DNA of 64,000 nt, from NCBI GenBank assembly GCA_963845565.1, contig CAWJSJ010000002.1:288001-352000 (forward strand). The letters are read 5' to 3'. The position numbers and the translations under genes were made by a program. Below the pieces are notes generated by a model that was not told the DNA's origin, did no database searches, and was given only the letters and a program-made list of their open reading frames with translations. This document shows, piece by piece, positions 52,031-61,792 of the stretch; positions within the stretch are counted from its first letter, which is position 1; every line of letters begins with the position of its first letter. The stretch is from an uncultured Methylomirabilota bacterium (GTDB lineage: Bacteria > Methylomirabilota > Methylomirabilia > Methylomirabilales > 2-02-FULL-66-22).

Positions 52031-52984
52031 ATGGCGTCGTATCTCGTCAGCCGGCTCATCCAATTCGCCCTGGTGCTGTTCTTCCTGTCCATCATCGTCT
52101 TCACCATCGTCCGCCTCATCCCGGGCGACCCCGCGGCCGTCATGCTGGGCACCGAGGCCACGCCCCAGGCGCTCGCGCAGATCCGCCAGGAGATGGGGTT
52201 GGATCAGCCCATCCCCGTCCAGTACGCGAAATGGATCGAGAACGTTCTGGCCGGCAACTTCGGCACGTCGTGGGTGTCCAAGAAGCCGGCGCTTACCCTG
52301 ATCCTCGGCGCCTTGCCGGTCACGCTCCAGCTCGTCGCCGCCTCCTTCGTGGTGGCGCTTCTGATCGCCTTTCCCGCCGGCCTCTTCTCGGCCATCCGCC
52401 CGCGATCCTGGATCGATCAGGGTTCGACCACCTTCGCCCTGCTCGGCATCTCGCTCCCGAGCTTCTGGCTCGGCATCATGCTCGTCCTGCTGTTCTCCCT
52501 CGAACTGCGCTGGCTGCCGCCCTCGGGCTACCTCTCTGTCGCCGCCGACCCCCTCGGCGCCCTGCGCACCAGTCTGCTGCCGGCCGTGACGCTCGGGGTC
52601 GCCCTCGCCGCACCGCTCACCCGGTTCCTGCGCTCGGGAATGCTGGATGTTCTGGGTCTCGACTACGTGCGCACGGCCCGCGCCAAGGGCCTGGCCGAGC
52701 GGCGAGTGGTCGGTCGCCACGCGCTGAAGAACGCCTTGCTGTCTGTCGTCACCATCTTGGGCCTCCAGCTCGGCACGCTTCTCGGTGGAAGCATTGTCAT
52801 CGAACAGGTCTTCGGCTGGCCGGGGATCGGCCGCCTCTCGCTGGCGGCCATCCAGCAGCGGGACTACGGCGTCGTCCAGGGGATTGTGCTCTTCGTGGCG
52901 GCCCTGTTCGTCCTGATCAACTTCGCCGTGGACCTGCTGTATCTCTACCTCGATCCCCGGATCCGGTACCGGGCGGGCGGATAA
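52031..52984 (+). CDS. Peptide/nickel ABC permease (DppB-like)
   Basis: PGDP, DYVRTARAKG, HALKNA. Confidence 0.93.
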   Translation: MASYLVSRLIQFALVLFFLSIIVFTIVRLIPGDPAAVMLGTEATPQALAQIRQEMGLDQPIPVQYAKWIENVLAGNFGTSWVSKKPALTLILGALPVTLQLVAASFVVALLIAFPAGLFSAIRPRSWIDQGSTTFALLGISLPSFWLGIMLVLLFSLELRWLPPSGYLSVAADPLGALRTSLLPAVTLGVALAAPLTRFLRSGMLDVLGLDYVRTARAKGLAERRVVGRHALKNALLSVVTILGLQLGTLLGGSIVIEQVFGWPGIGRLSLAAIQQRDYGVVQGIVLFVAALFVLINFAVDLLYLYLDPRIRYRAGG

Positions 52985-53001
52985 GCCCCGAGGCCGCCGC
53001 C

Positions 53002-53886
53002 ATGCCCACGGGAGGACGCGTGATCGACACGACGGAGGGACTGCCAAAGGTGGTCCGCACGCTGCTCCAGAGCCGGACCGCGCTCTTCGGTCTCGTCCTG
53101 AGCGTCCTGCTGGTCGTCGCGGCGGTCTTCGCCCCGTGGATCGCGCCGTACCGCCCGGACGAGATCCATCCCATCGACAGCCTGATGGCCCCCTCGGCGC
53201 GCTACTGGCTCGGCTCGGACGACCTCGGGCGTGATATCCTGAGCCGCATCATCTTCGGCGCGCGGGTCTCGCTGATGGTCGGGACCATCGCCATCGGCAT
53301 CGCCGCCGCGGCCGGCGTCTCGGTCGGCCTCGCCGCCGGCTTCCTGGGCGGCAGGATCGACGGGCTGATCATGCGCGTGATGGATGCCCTGCTGGCGTTC
53401 CCGGCGATCCTCCTGGCCATCGCGCTGATGGCCGTGCTCGGCCCCTCGCTCGAAAACGCCATGATCGCCATCGGCATCATCTCCATCCCGGCGTTCGCCC
53501 GGATCACGCGGGCCAACGTGCTCTCGCTCCGGGAGCAGGAGTTCGTCGAGGCGGCGCGCGCGCTGGGGGGTGGCGGACTCTACCTGGCGCTGGTCGTCAT
53601 CCTGCCGAACTGCCTCTCCCCGATCATCGTGCAAGCGTCGCTCGGCGTCGGAAATGCCATCCTGGTCGAGGCGGCGCTCTCGTTCCTGGGGCTCGGGGTG
53701 CAACCGCCCGAGCCCTCGTGGGGCTCGATGCTGGCGTTCGGGCGGAGCCTGCTGGGTCAGGCCCCGTGGTATGCCACCTTTTCGGGGTTGGCGATCTTCG
53801 TGACCGTGCTGGCGCTCAACTTTCTGGGGGACGGGCTCCGCGAGGCGCTCGACCCGCGGCTCCGCTCCGTGGAACGCGGCGCATGA
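53002..53886 (+). CDS. Peptide/nickel ABC permease (DppC-like)
   Basis: LGSDDLGRD, EFVEAARALG, GDGLREALDP. Confidence 0.93.
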   Translation: MPTGGRVIDTTEGLPKVVRTLLQSRTALFGLVLSVLLVVAAVFAPWIAPYRPDEIHPIDSLMAPSARYWLGSDDLGRDILSRIIFGARVSLMVGTIAIGIAAAAGVSVGLAAGFLGGRIDGLIMRVMDALLAFPAILLAIALMAVLGPSLENAMIAIGIISIPAFARITRANVLSLREQEFVEAARALGGGGLYLALVVILPNCLSPIIVQASLGVGNAILVEAALSFLGLGVQPPEPSWGSMLAFGRSLLGQAPWYATFSGLAIFVTVLALNFLGDGLREALDPRLRSVERGA

Positions 53887-53953
53887 CGCGCCGCCCCCGC
53901 CTCCGACGGGAGGCTCGACGGCCGCGCGATACTCGCGCATGGGAGGGACAGCC

Positions 53954-55537
53954 ATGACCGACACTCGCCGCATTCTCGACGTTCTCGAATCCGAGGGCCT
54001 CGCCCTCTCCCGACGCGACCTCTTGCGCCTGGCGGGCGAGAGCGGCATCGCGCTGGCCGGACTGGCGATGCTGGGCGCGGCCGACCCGGCGCCGGCGGGG
54101 GCGCAGGCCGGCGGAACGATGCGGATCCACATGTCGACGGACATCCAGCAGATCGATCCGCACTTGGTGACGGCGTGGAACGACTACTCGCCCTGGGAGT
54201 CCATCTTTTCGAGTCTGACGGCCCTCGACCGCGACTTCCAGCCGATCCCCGATCTGGCCCAGTCCTGGACGCAGCCCGACCCGAAGACGTACGTCTTCCA
54301 GCTCCGGAAGGGGGTGCTCTTCCATAGCGGACGCGAGATGAAGGCGGCCGATGTCAAGTTCTCCCTCGACCGGATCGTCAGCCTGGGGGGCAGGAGCAAG
54401 TGGTACACGCTGTTGCTGGACCTCGATCGGGTGGAGGTGCTCGACGACTACCGCATCCGGATCGCCCTCAAGAATCCGTCCGCGCCGTTTCTCGCCAACC
54501 TCGCCTTCGCGATGATCGTGGCCAAGGAGAACATCGACCAGATCGGCCTGACCCCCATCGGAACAGGGCCCTTCCGCTTCGTGGAGCGTGTGCCGAACTC
54601 GCACCTGCTGGTCCGCAAGTGGGACAAGTTCTACGTCGCGGGGCAGCCCAAGGTCGACGAGATCCGCTGGGTGCCCGTCGTCGAGCCCGCAACCCGGGTG
54701 GCAAACCTCAAGACGGGCACTGCCGATATCGTGAGCGAGGTCCCCTACGAGGCCATGCGCGAGCTTCGGGCCACGCCGGGGATCGCCATCCATGAACCCA
54801 AGGCGGCTTCGGCCTATGCCGTCATGGTGCTCAAGCACGCACCACCCCTCGACAACAAGAAGCTCCGCCAGGCGCTGGCCCTGCTCGTGGACCGCGAGTC
54901 CATCAACCGCGCGGTGTTCTTCGGCGTCGGGAGCGCCGAGGAGGGGTGTAACCCGTTCCCGGTCGGGCACTGGGCGCACGCGCAGGTCGCCTGCCCCAAG
55001 TACGACCCGGACGCCGCCAAGCGATTGCTCGCCGAGGCCGGATACCCGAACGGGATCGACCTCGAGTGGAAGGTCATCGGGTCCCGGCCGGATACCGTCA
55101 AGGTCGCCGAGATCTCCAAGGAGACGTTCCGGCGGGGCGGCGTCAATCTCAAGCTCGTCCAGCTCGAGTTCGCCACCTGGATCCAACAGGTGTACCGGGA
55201 CAAGCAGTTCCAGTTGGCCCAGACGATCTTCCTGCGTGAGGCGGACCCGGACGGCCTGGTGGTCAGCGCCCTGTTCACGGGCGGCCAGAACAACCCCGGC
55301 GGCTACACCACGAAGGAGATGGACGACTTGCTGACGCAGGGGCGGGGCGAACTGAACCGCGACAAGCGTCGCGCCATCTACAAGCGCATCAGCGAGATCG
55401 TGGCCGACGACGTGCCGTTCATCCGGCTCCAGTCGCAGCCGTTCGTCTGGGCCACCACGGCCAAGGTGGCCGGGTTCTACCTCAACAGCCAGTGCCGGCC
55501 GTTCGTGGCATTACGCGAGATGAGCCTGGCGAGATAA
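53954..55537 (+). CDS. Family 5 solute-binding protein, Tat signal
   Basis: SRRDLL, PDLAQSW, PIGTGPF. Confidence 0.92.
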   Translation: MTDTRRILDVLESEGLALSRRDLLRLAGESGIALAGLAMLGAADPAPAGAQAGGTMRIHMSTDIQQIDPHLVTAWNDYSPWESIFSSLTALDRDFQPIPDLAQSWTQPDPKTYVFQLRKGVLFHSGREMKAADVKFSLDRIVSLGGRSKWYTLLLDLDRVEVLDDYRIRIALKNPSAPFLANLAFAMIVAKENIDQIGLTPIGTGPFRFVERVPNSHLLVRKWDKFYVAGQPKVDEIRWVPVVEPATRVANLKTGTADIVSEVPYEAMRELRATPGIAIHEPKAASAYAVMVLKHAPPLDNKKLRQALALLVDRESINRAVFFGVGSAEEGCNPFPVGHWAHAQVACPKYDPDAAKRLLAEAGYPNGIDLEWKVIGSRPDTVKVAEISKETFRRGGVNLKLVQLEFATWIQQVYRDKQFQLAQTIFLREADPDGLVVSALFTGGQNNPGGYTTKEMDDLLTQGRGELNRDKRRAIYKRISEIVADDVPFIRLQSQPFVWATTAKVAGFYLNSQCRPFVALREMSLAR

Positions 55538-55648
55538 CGGAGCGGCTCTGCCCGATCCTGCGGGCTCGACATCTCTTGGTGCCGTTGAAGGCGCAATGGA
55601 GGAGGGCGTAGCCCGCATTCTTCACGAAGGAGTCGCGAAGAATGCGGG

Positions 55649-56581
55649 CTACAGGTTTCGCATCCGCGGATCGATGAATTCGCGCAACCAGTCGCCGATC
55701 ACGTTCAGCGCTAGCACCGTCAGCATCATCGCCAGACCCGGGAAGGTCGTCAGCCACCAGGCGGTGCCCATGTAGGCCCGGCCATCGGAGAGCATCGAGC
55801 CCCAGGTCGGGATCGTCGCCTCGACCCCCAGACCGAAGAAGGTCAGTGACGCCTCGGTGATGATGCAGGTCGCCACCGCGAACGTCGCCACGATGATGAC
55901 CGGCGCCAGCGTGTTCGGGAGCACATGCCGGCGGATGATCCGGAAATCCGACGCGCCGATGGCGCGGGCGGCCTCGACGAACTCCCGCTCGCGCACGGAG
56001 AGCACCTGGCCGCGCACGACGCGCGCGTAGACCATCCAGCCCGCCACCCCCAGGACCAGGATCACGTTCCGCAATCCGGGCCCCAGGACGCCGATGATCG
56101 CCAGGGCCAGGAGGATGAACGGGAAGGCGAGCTGGATGTCCACCAGCCGCATGATGGTGGCTTCGTACCCCCGGCCGTAAAACCCGGCAACCAGACCCGC
56201 CGCGATGCCCAGCAGCCCCGAAATGATCACGGCCGAGAACCCGACTGCGAGCGAGATGCGCGAGCCGTAGATCGTCCGACTGAGGATATCACGGCCCAGA
56301 TGGTCGGTGCCCAGCAGATGGGCGCGAGAGCCGCCGTCCAGCCAGGCGGGCGGAAGCAGGCGCCGCTCCAGGACCTGCTCGTTGGGGTTGTGGGGTGCGA
56401 TCCAGGCCGCCGCGACCGCCACCACGACCACCACGGACAGAACGAACACCCCGACCACGGCCGTACGGCTCTTCGCCAGGGACCGCAGGGCGCGCCGCCA
56501 CTCCGAGCGTCCCCGGAGGTTCGGGGTCTCCGTCTCGCCGGGGTTCGAGGCCCGGGTCGTCGCGCCACCGTCGGTCGGCAT
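55649..56581 (-). CDS. Peptide/nickel ABC permease (DppC-like)
   Basis: LGTDHLGRD, EFVEAARAIG. Confidence 0.93.
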   Translation of the reverse strand: MPTDGGATTRASNPGETETPNLRGRSEWRRALRSLAKSRTAVVGVFVLSVVVVVAVAAAWIAPHNPNEQVLERRLLPPAWLDGGSRAHLLGTDHLGRDILSRTIYGSRISLAVGFSAVIISGLLGIAAGLVAGFYGRGYEATIMRLVDIQLAFPFILLALAIIGVLGPGLRNVILVLGVAGWMVYARVVRGQVLSVREREFVEAARAIGASDFRIIRRHVLPNTLAPVIIVATFAVATCIITEASLTFFGLGVEATIPTWGSMLSDGRAYMGTAWWLTTFPGLAMMLTVLALNVIGDWLREFIDPRMRNL

Positions 56582-57502
56582 CTATCGCACCCGCACCCGA
56601 GGGTCCAGCCAGGTGTACAGGAGGTCCACGATCAGGTTGATGCCCACAAAGGCCAGGGCGATGAAGAAGACATCCGCCTCCAGCACGGGGAAATCCCGAT
56701 GCAGGATGGAGTCGATGGCCAACCGCCCGATCCCTGGCCAGGCGAAGACCGTCTCCGTGACCACGGCGCCACCCAGCAACTGGCCGATGTCCAGCCCGAT
56801 CATCGTGACGACGGGGATCGCCATGTTCTTGATCGCGTGGCGCACCACCACGATCCGCTCGGCCAGTCCCTTGGCCCGGGCGGTCCGGATGTAATCCTGC
56901 TCCAGTACCTCTCGCATGCCGGATCGGACCAGGCGGGTGTTGCGCGCCATGAAGAACGCCCCCAGCGTCAAGGCCGGCAGTAGGACGTGCCACGGCCCAC
57001 CGTAACCCGATGACGGGAGGATGTTCCACTGCTCCGCGAAGACGAGGATCAGGATCAGGCCCAACCAGAAGCTGGGAAGCGACTGGCCGAGCAGCGCCAG
57101 GACCGTCGCCAGGTTGTCGATGATCGAGTTGTGGCGCACGGCGGCGATGGTTCCCAGCAGCAGCGCCGCCGGGAGGGACCACGCCAGCGTCACGGCGGCC
57201 AGGGTCAGGGTCGCGGGGAACCGCTGGATCACTTGCTTCAGCGCCGGCTGCCCCCGGTACCGCAGCGACTCGCCAAAGTCCCCGCGGACCGCACCCGCGA
57301 TGAAGCGGACGAACTGCACCGGCAGCGGCCGGTCCAGTCCCATCTGGACGCGCAGCCGCTCGACGTCCTCCTGGTTTGCCTCGGGCGGCAGCATGATCCG
57401 CACGGGGTCGCCCGTCAGGTTGACGATGAAGAAGACCAGGAGCAGGACGCCCAGGATCACCACCGTCGATTGCAGGAATCGCGCAAGAATGTAGCGAAGC
57501 AT
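56582..57502 (-). CDS. Peptide/nickel ABC permease (DppB-like)
   Basis: GDP, DYIRTARAKG. Confidence 0.93.
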   Translation of the reverse strand: MLRYILARFLQSTVVILGVLLLVFFIVNLTGDPVRIMLPPEANQEDVERLRVQMGLDRPLPVQFVRFIAGAVRGDFGESLRYRGQPALKQVIQRFPATLTLAAVTLAWSLPAALLLGTIAAVRHNSIIDNLATVLALLGQSLPSFWLGLILILVFAEQWNILPSSGYGGPWHVLLPALTLGAFFMARNTRLVRSGMREVLEQDYIRTARAKGLAERIVVVRHAIKNMAIPVVTMIGLDIGQLLGGAVVTETVFAWPGIGRLAIDSILHRDFPVLEADVFFIALAFVGINLIVDLLYTWLDPRVRVR

Positions 57503-57516
57503 CGGCCTCAGGAAAT

Positions 57517-57552
57517 GGCGGAGGCATCGAGCACGCCCTCGATGCCTCCGCC
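57517..57552. repeat. Perfect 15-bp hairpin between binding-protein and permease genes
   Basis: GGCGGAGGCATCGAG-N6-CTCGATGCCTCCGCC. Confidence 0.75.
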
Positions 57553-57615
57553 GGGTTCGATCCGCGGAGGCGCGGCCGTCCGTGAGGCCGCCCTCGCACT
57601 CCGCATCGCCTCTAG

Positions 57616-57787
57616 CAGGCTGCTGAAAAGCTCATCGTCGGTCAGGCTGCTCAAAAAGGTCCAGCTGCAAGGCGGTTTGGCGCAGGCCGGGGTACCCACC
57701 GAAAGGTGGGTCCAGGCGTACTGGAGGTACGCCGCAGCGAGTGCCGAGCCAAACCAACGCCGCAGATGGGTCTTTTTCAGCGGCCTG
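57616..57787. mobile_element. MITE-like element with a doubled left end
   Basis: CAGGCTGCTGAAAAG (57616) and CAGGCTGCTCAAAAAG (57643) against CTTTTTCAGCGGCCTG (ends 57787); flanks CTAG and TTAG. Confidence 0.7.
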
Positions 57788-59347
57788 TTAGACCAGCGAC
57801 ATTTCCTTGTACCAGATCATCTCGTCGGTGCGCGGCGTCCAGTCGACCTTCTTGTTGATCGCGTAGATATCCTGGATCGCATAGCCGTACAGGTTCGGAC
57901 AGTCGTCCTGGAGGATCTTCTGGGCCTCCGTGTACAGCTTGCCCCGCTTGGCCGCATCCAGCGTCGTCCGCGCCTCTTCCAGGGCCTTGTCGAGCTTCTC
58001 GTTCTTGTAGCCCTGCCAGACCTTGGCGTACAAGGCGCTGCTGTGACAGTTGGTAAACAGAGAGTTGTCGGCGTCGTGCATCCAGTTGCCCCAGCTCCGG
58101 AACCAGACGCCGTCCAGCTTGCCGGCGTTGGCCTGGGTGATCGTGGTCCCCCAGTCCTGCCACTTGAGGTTGCCTTTCATGCCGATCTTCGCCAGCTCCC
58201 CGACGATGGCCTCGATGAATTCCTTGTCCTTCGGGACGCGGCCCTGGGTGCCGAAGAAGGTGAACTCGACCCCCTTGGGATACCCCGCCTGCGCCAGGAG
58301 CGCCTTGGCCTTCTCGGGGTCGTAGGGGAACGGCTTGACCTCGTCCTCGTATCCGGCATACCACGGATTCAGGAGGGTCGCCACGCGGGTGCCGTTGCCC
58401 TTCAGGACCGTCTTGATGATGTTCTCGATGTTGGCGCCGTAGTTGATCGCCTGTCGGACGAGCTTGTTGTCGAACGGCTTCGACCGACAATCCAGGGCGA
58501 AGAAGACGATCCGGTTGCCCCGCAGCGTGACGATGCGCGCCTTACCGCTGCGGTTGATCCGGTCGATGTCGTCCGGCGGCACGGCGGGGATGATGTCCAC
58601 GTCGCCGGCCAGGAGCGCCGAGACCCGGGTGCCGGTCTCGGGGATCCCCCGGACGATCACCCGCTTGATTTTCGGGGCGCCGCCCCAGTACGCGGCGTTG
58701 GCCTCCATGACGAAATCCTGGTCCTTGGACCAGGAGATGAACTTGTACGGCCCCGTCCCGATCGGCTTGGTGGCCAGGTCTTCCTTGCTGGCGGTCGAGA
58801 AATACTTGGGCGGCACGATGATGGTGTGGAATCCCGCCAGCCGCGGCAGGATGACCGGATCGGGGCTCTTGGTCACGATATTGACGGTGTACTTGTCCAC
58901 CACGTCCACCCGGTCGATCTGCCCGTAGGTGCTGAGCAGCGGCGCGCCCGTCTTCGGGTCCAGCATCCGGTGGATGCTGAACTTGACCGCCTCGCCGTCG
59001 AACTCCTCCCCGTTATGGAACTTGACGTTCTGGCGAAGCTTGAACTGCATGGTCTGGTTGTCAACCCGCTTCCACTCCGTCGCCAGCTGCGGCTCGAGGC
59101 GCTTCAAGTCCTTGCTGAAGGCTACCAGGCACTCGTACATGTTGCGCAGGACGCTCTCGTGCACGGTGTTCTCGTTCCGGTGGGGGTCGAGCTGCACCAG
59201 CGACAACCCGTACCCCATCACGACCTTGGAGTCGGCCTCCGCGCCGAACGCCCGGGCGCCGCCGAGGTACGGCGAAACCACCGCGGCCCCCGTGGCCGCG
59301 GCCGCTGCCTTCAGGAAGCGACGCCGACTGATGCGGCTCGCCGTCAT
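57788..59347 (-). CDS. Family 5 solute-binding protein, Tat signal
   Basis: SRRRFLK, LDPH, PIGTGPY. Confidence 0.92.
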   Translation of the reverse strand: MTASRISRRRFLKAAAAATGAAVVSPYLGGARAFGAEADSKVVMGYGLSLVQLDPHRNENTVHESVLRNMYECLVAFSKDLKRLEPQLATEWKRVDNQTMQFKLRQNVKFHNGEEFDGEAVKFSIHRMLDPKTGAPLLSTYGQIDRVDVVDKYTVNIVTKSPDPVILPRLAGFHTIIVPPKYFSTASKEDLATKPIGTGPYKFISWSKDQDFVMEANAAYWGGAPKIKRVIVRGIPETGTRVSALLAGDVDIIPAVPPDDIDRINRSGKARIVTLRGNRIVFFALDCRSKPFDNKLVRQAINYGANIENIIKTVLKGNGTRVATLLNPWYAGYEDEVKPFPYDPEKAKALLAQAGYPKGVEFTFFGTQGRVPKDKEFIEAIVGELAKIGMKGNLKWQDWGTTITQANAGKLDGVWFRSWGNWMHDADNSLFTNCHSSALYAKVWQGYKNEKLDKALEEARTTLDAAKRGKLYTEAQKILQDDCPNLYGYAIQDIYAINKKVDWTPRTDEMIWYKEMSLV

Positions 59348-59567
59348 GTGCGTACTCCCGCCCTCGTTCCCGTGTCGTTTCATCTGACGCCTCCTTGAAG
59401 GATGTCGCCTGGCACGCTCCGCCACCAACCACGGTGCCCCGGAAGGACCTCCGGACAGAAGCATCGCCCGGCTCCACCGGGGCTGTCAAGAAGAAAGCCG
59501 ACGGCGTGGCGTCGGGTCGCGATGGCGCGCGGGAACGGGTGCTCCCGGTCCGTCCGGGGAGATGCTC

Positions 59568-60614
59568 CTACGCGAACCGGTAGGTGGCGAACGCACCCTC
59601 GCACGGGGGGCCATAGCTCAGATGAAGCGTCCGCGCGGCCGGCTCGGCGATTAGCGCCGCCGTGGTCTCCCATTCTGCTGCCCCCCCGGCGTGCCGGCAG
59701 ATCGGCTCAGGCCGGCCGCCGTGGTCGGCGAGCAACCGCTTGATCTCCTCCACCGTGATCCGCCCCGCCCCCGCATCCAGGAGCGCCTGCATTTGCGCAC
59801 AGCGCCCCGGGGAGCCGGGCGCGGGGAGCGCTTCGACCTCGTGAGGCCTGGTCGCCGAATCGAGGCAGTGATTGGCGTGCGCAAAGACGCCGCGGTCCCG
59901 GGCGATCACCGCCAGCGCCTGCGGGAGAATCTCCAGATTGCGGATCCGGCCCGCGGCGTCGACGACCAGGAAGCTGCCGACCGCGGGACCGTCCATCGTG
60001 CAGGCGCGCTGGGCGGCCTCCTCGGCCGAGGCACACTCGAGCAGGGCCCGGCGCGTGACCGGCGGCGCCTGCCAGTTCCGTCCCGCCTTCGCCCAGAGCG
60101 AATTGGCGAACACGGCCACGCCCTGCTCGTTGATCCCCACGCCCCCGAGCTCGCCCGGCACCGCGTGCATCAGGATCGCCGGGCTTCCGGTAGGCCGGAG
60201 TAACAGGACGGCCATCCGGTCGCGATAGGCAGGGACCAGGTCCCGGTTCTGCGCGCCCAGCGGACGGCCCGCGGCGCTGGCGTCGCCCGACACCGCCAGG
60301 GCGGTGCACCCCTCCGGCATGAAGCCGCTGCCCGGCCGCACCTGCAGGGCCACGGCCCCCGCCAGCGGGATCTCGGCCCCGTCCGCCAGGCCCCGCAGCT
60401 CTTCCGTCCATGCCGCGCCGCCGAGGGCTTCGATTCTCGGCAACTGCTCCATCGCCCAGGCGAGCGCCCGCTCGGGATTCAGCCCACACTGCCGCGACGC
60501 GACCGCCAGGCATTCCTCGAGTTGCCGGTGGATGGCCTGGCGCAGACATGTCCCGTGGCCTCGTCCCACGTCATAGGGCGTGCCGCAAATCTCGAAGAAG
60601 GGAAACTGGTGCAT
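59568..60614 (-). CDS. C45-family Ntn hydrolase/acyltransferase
   Basis: EG|CTA autoprocessing site, QNRD, GINEQG, HANH. Confidence 0.85.
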   Translation of the reverse strand: MHQFPFFEICGTPYDVGRGHGTCLRQAIHRQLEECLAVASRQCGLNPERALAWAMEQLPRIEALGGAAWTEELRGLADGAEIPLAGAVALQVRPGSGFMPEGCTALAVSGDASAAGRPLGAQNRDLVPAYRDRMAVLLLRPTGSPAILMHAVPGELGGVGINEQGVAVFANSLWAKAGRNWQAPPVTRRALLECASAEEAAQRACTMDGPAVGSFLVVDAAGRIRNLEILPQALAVIARDRGVFAHANHCLDSATRPHEVEALPAPGSPGRCAQMQALLDAGAGRITVEEIKRLLADHGGRPEPICRHAGGAAEWETTAALIAEPAARTLHLSYGPPCEGAFATYRFA

Positions 60615-60643
60615 GGACACCTCCGTGGGGGACCGCGTCGGCG

Positions 60644-61792
60644 TTACACGAACGCCCGGACGACCGCCACGAGGATGGCCGCCGCCTCGTCCACCTGGCG
60701 GAGCTCGATCCACTCGTCGGCGCTGTGCGCCTGGCGGATGGACCCGGGACCGAACACGACGGCGGGTATCCCGGCGCGGGCCAGCTTGCTGGCATCCGTC
60801 CCGTAGTTCACACCCCGGACCTCGGCCGCGCGCCCCGCGCGCCGGATGGCCGCTTCCAGCTGTTGGGCCACGGGCTCGGCGGGATCGGTGGCCATCGCGT
60901 AGTCCACCAGGTACGGCTCGCCCACCGACACCGTGCCGGGCGCGAACGCCTCCAGCCTGGCCCGATAGGCCGCCCACACCGCCATGGGTTCCTCGCCGGG
61001 CAAGATGCGGCGATCGAGATGAATCGTGCAGGACGCCGGAACGGCATTGATCGCGCTCCCGCCGCCGATCAGCGAGACGCACACCGTGGCGGGACCCACC
61101 CACGGGTGGCGCGTGGCCAGAGCCTCCGGCTCGAGCGTTCGCCGGATGAACTCCAGCACCTCGGCCATGCGCATGATGGCGTTCTCGCCTTCCCACGGGT
61201 TCGAGCTGTGGCAGGCGCGGCCATGCGTCGTGACCCCGAACCGGAGGCATCCCTTGTGGGCCACGACAAGATCCAGCTCCGTCGGTTCCCCGACGACGGC
61301 CGCCGCGAAAGACTCCCCGCGCGCCAGGAGGGCGGTGACGCCGCCGAACTGGTGCTCTTCGTCCATGACGGCGGCCAACATCACGTCCACGGGCGGCGGC
61401 GCCCCGCTGGCCAGCTCCGCCATGGCGAGCATCATGGCCGCCAGTGGCCCCTTGGCGTCGCACGCGCCGCGGCCGAAGAGTCGCCCCTCGCGAATCTCCG
61501 CTGCGAACGGGGGTATCGTCATCCCGTCGGTCTCCACCGTATCCAGGTGGGACTCGAGCAGGAAGATCCGGGACCGGTCGCGCCCGCGCACTCGGGCGAG
61601 GACATTCGGCCGTCCGGGCAGGACGGTCTGCAGTTCGACCTCCAGCCCCGCGTCGCGGAGCCACCCCGCCACGGCGGCCCCGATGGCCGCTTCCGCCGGG
61701 CTGGGGGCGCCCCGCGGGTTCACGCTCGGGATGCGCACCAACTGCTGCAGCAGGGACGCCGACGATCGGTCTGGCATCTCGAATCTCCTCAC
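60644..61792 (-). CDS. M20 metallopeptidase/deacylase (ArgE/DapE-like)
   Basis: SHLDTV, GRGACDAKG, DEE, GEPT, AHSADE. Confidence 0.92.
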   Translation of the reverse strand: MRRFEMPDRSSASLLQQLVRIPSVNPRGAPSPAEAAIGAAVAGWLRDAGLEVELQTVLPGRPNVLARVRGRDRSRIFLLESHLDTVETDGMTIPPFAAEIREGRLFGRGACDAKGPLAAMMLAMAELASGAPPPVDVMLAAVMDEEHQFGGVTALLARGESFAAAVVGEPTELDLVVAHKGCLRFGVTTHGRACHSSNPWEGENAIMRMAEVLEFIRRTLEPEALATRHPWVGPATVCVSLIGGGSAINAVPASCTIHLDRRILPGEEPMAVWAAYRARLEAFAPGTVSVGEPYLVDYAMATDPAEPVAQQLEAAIRRAGRAAEVRGVNYGTDASKLARAGIPAVVFGPGSIRQAHSADEWIELRQVDEAAAILVAVVRAFV

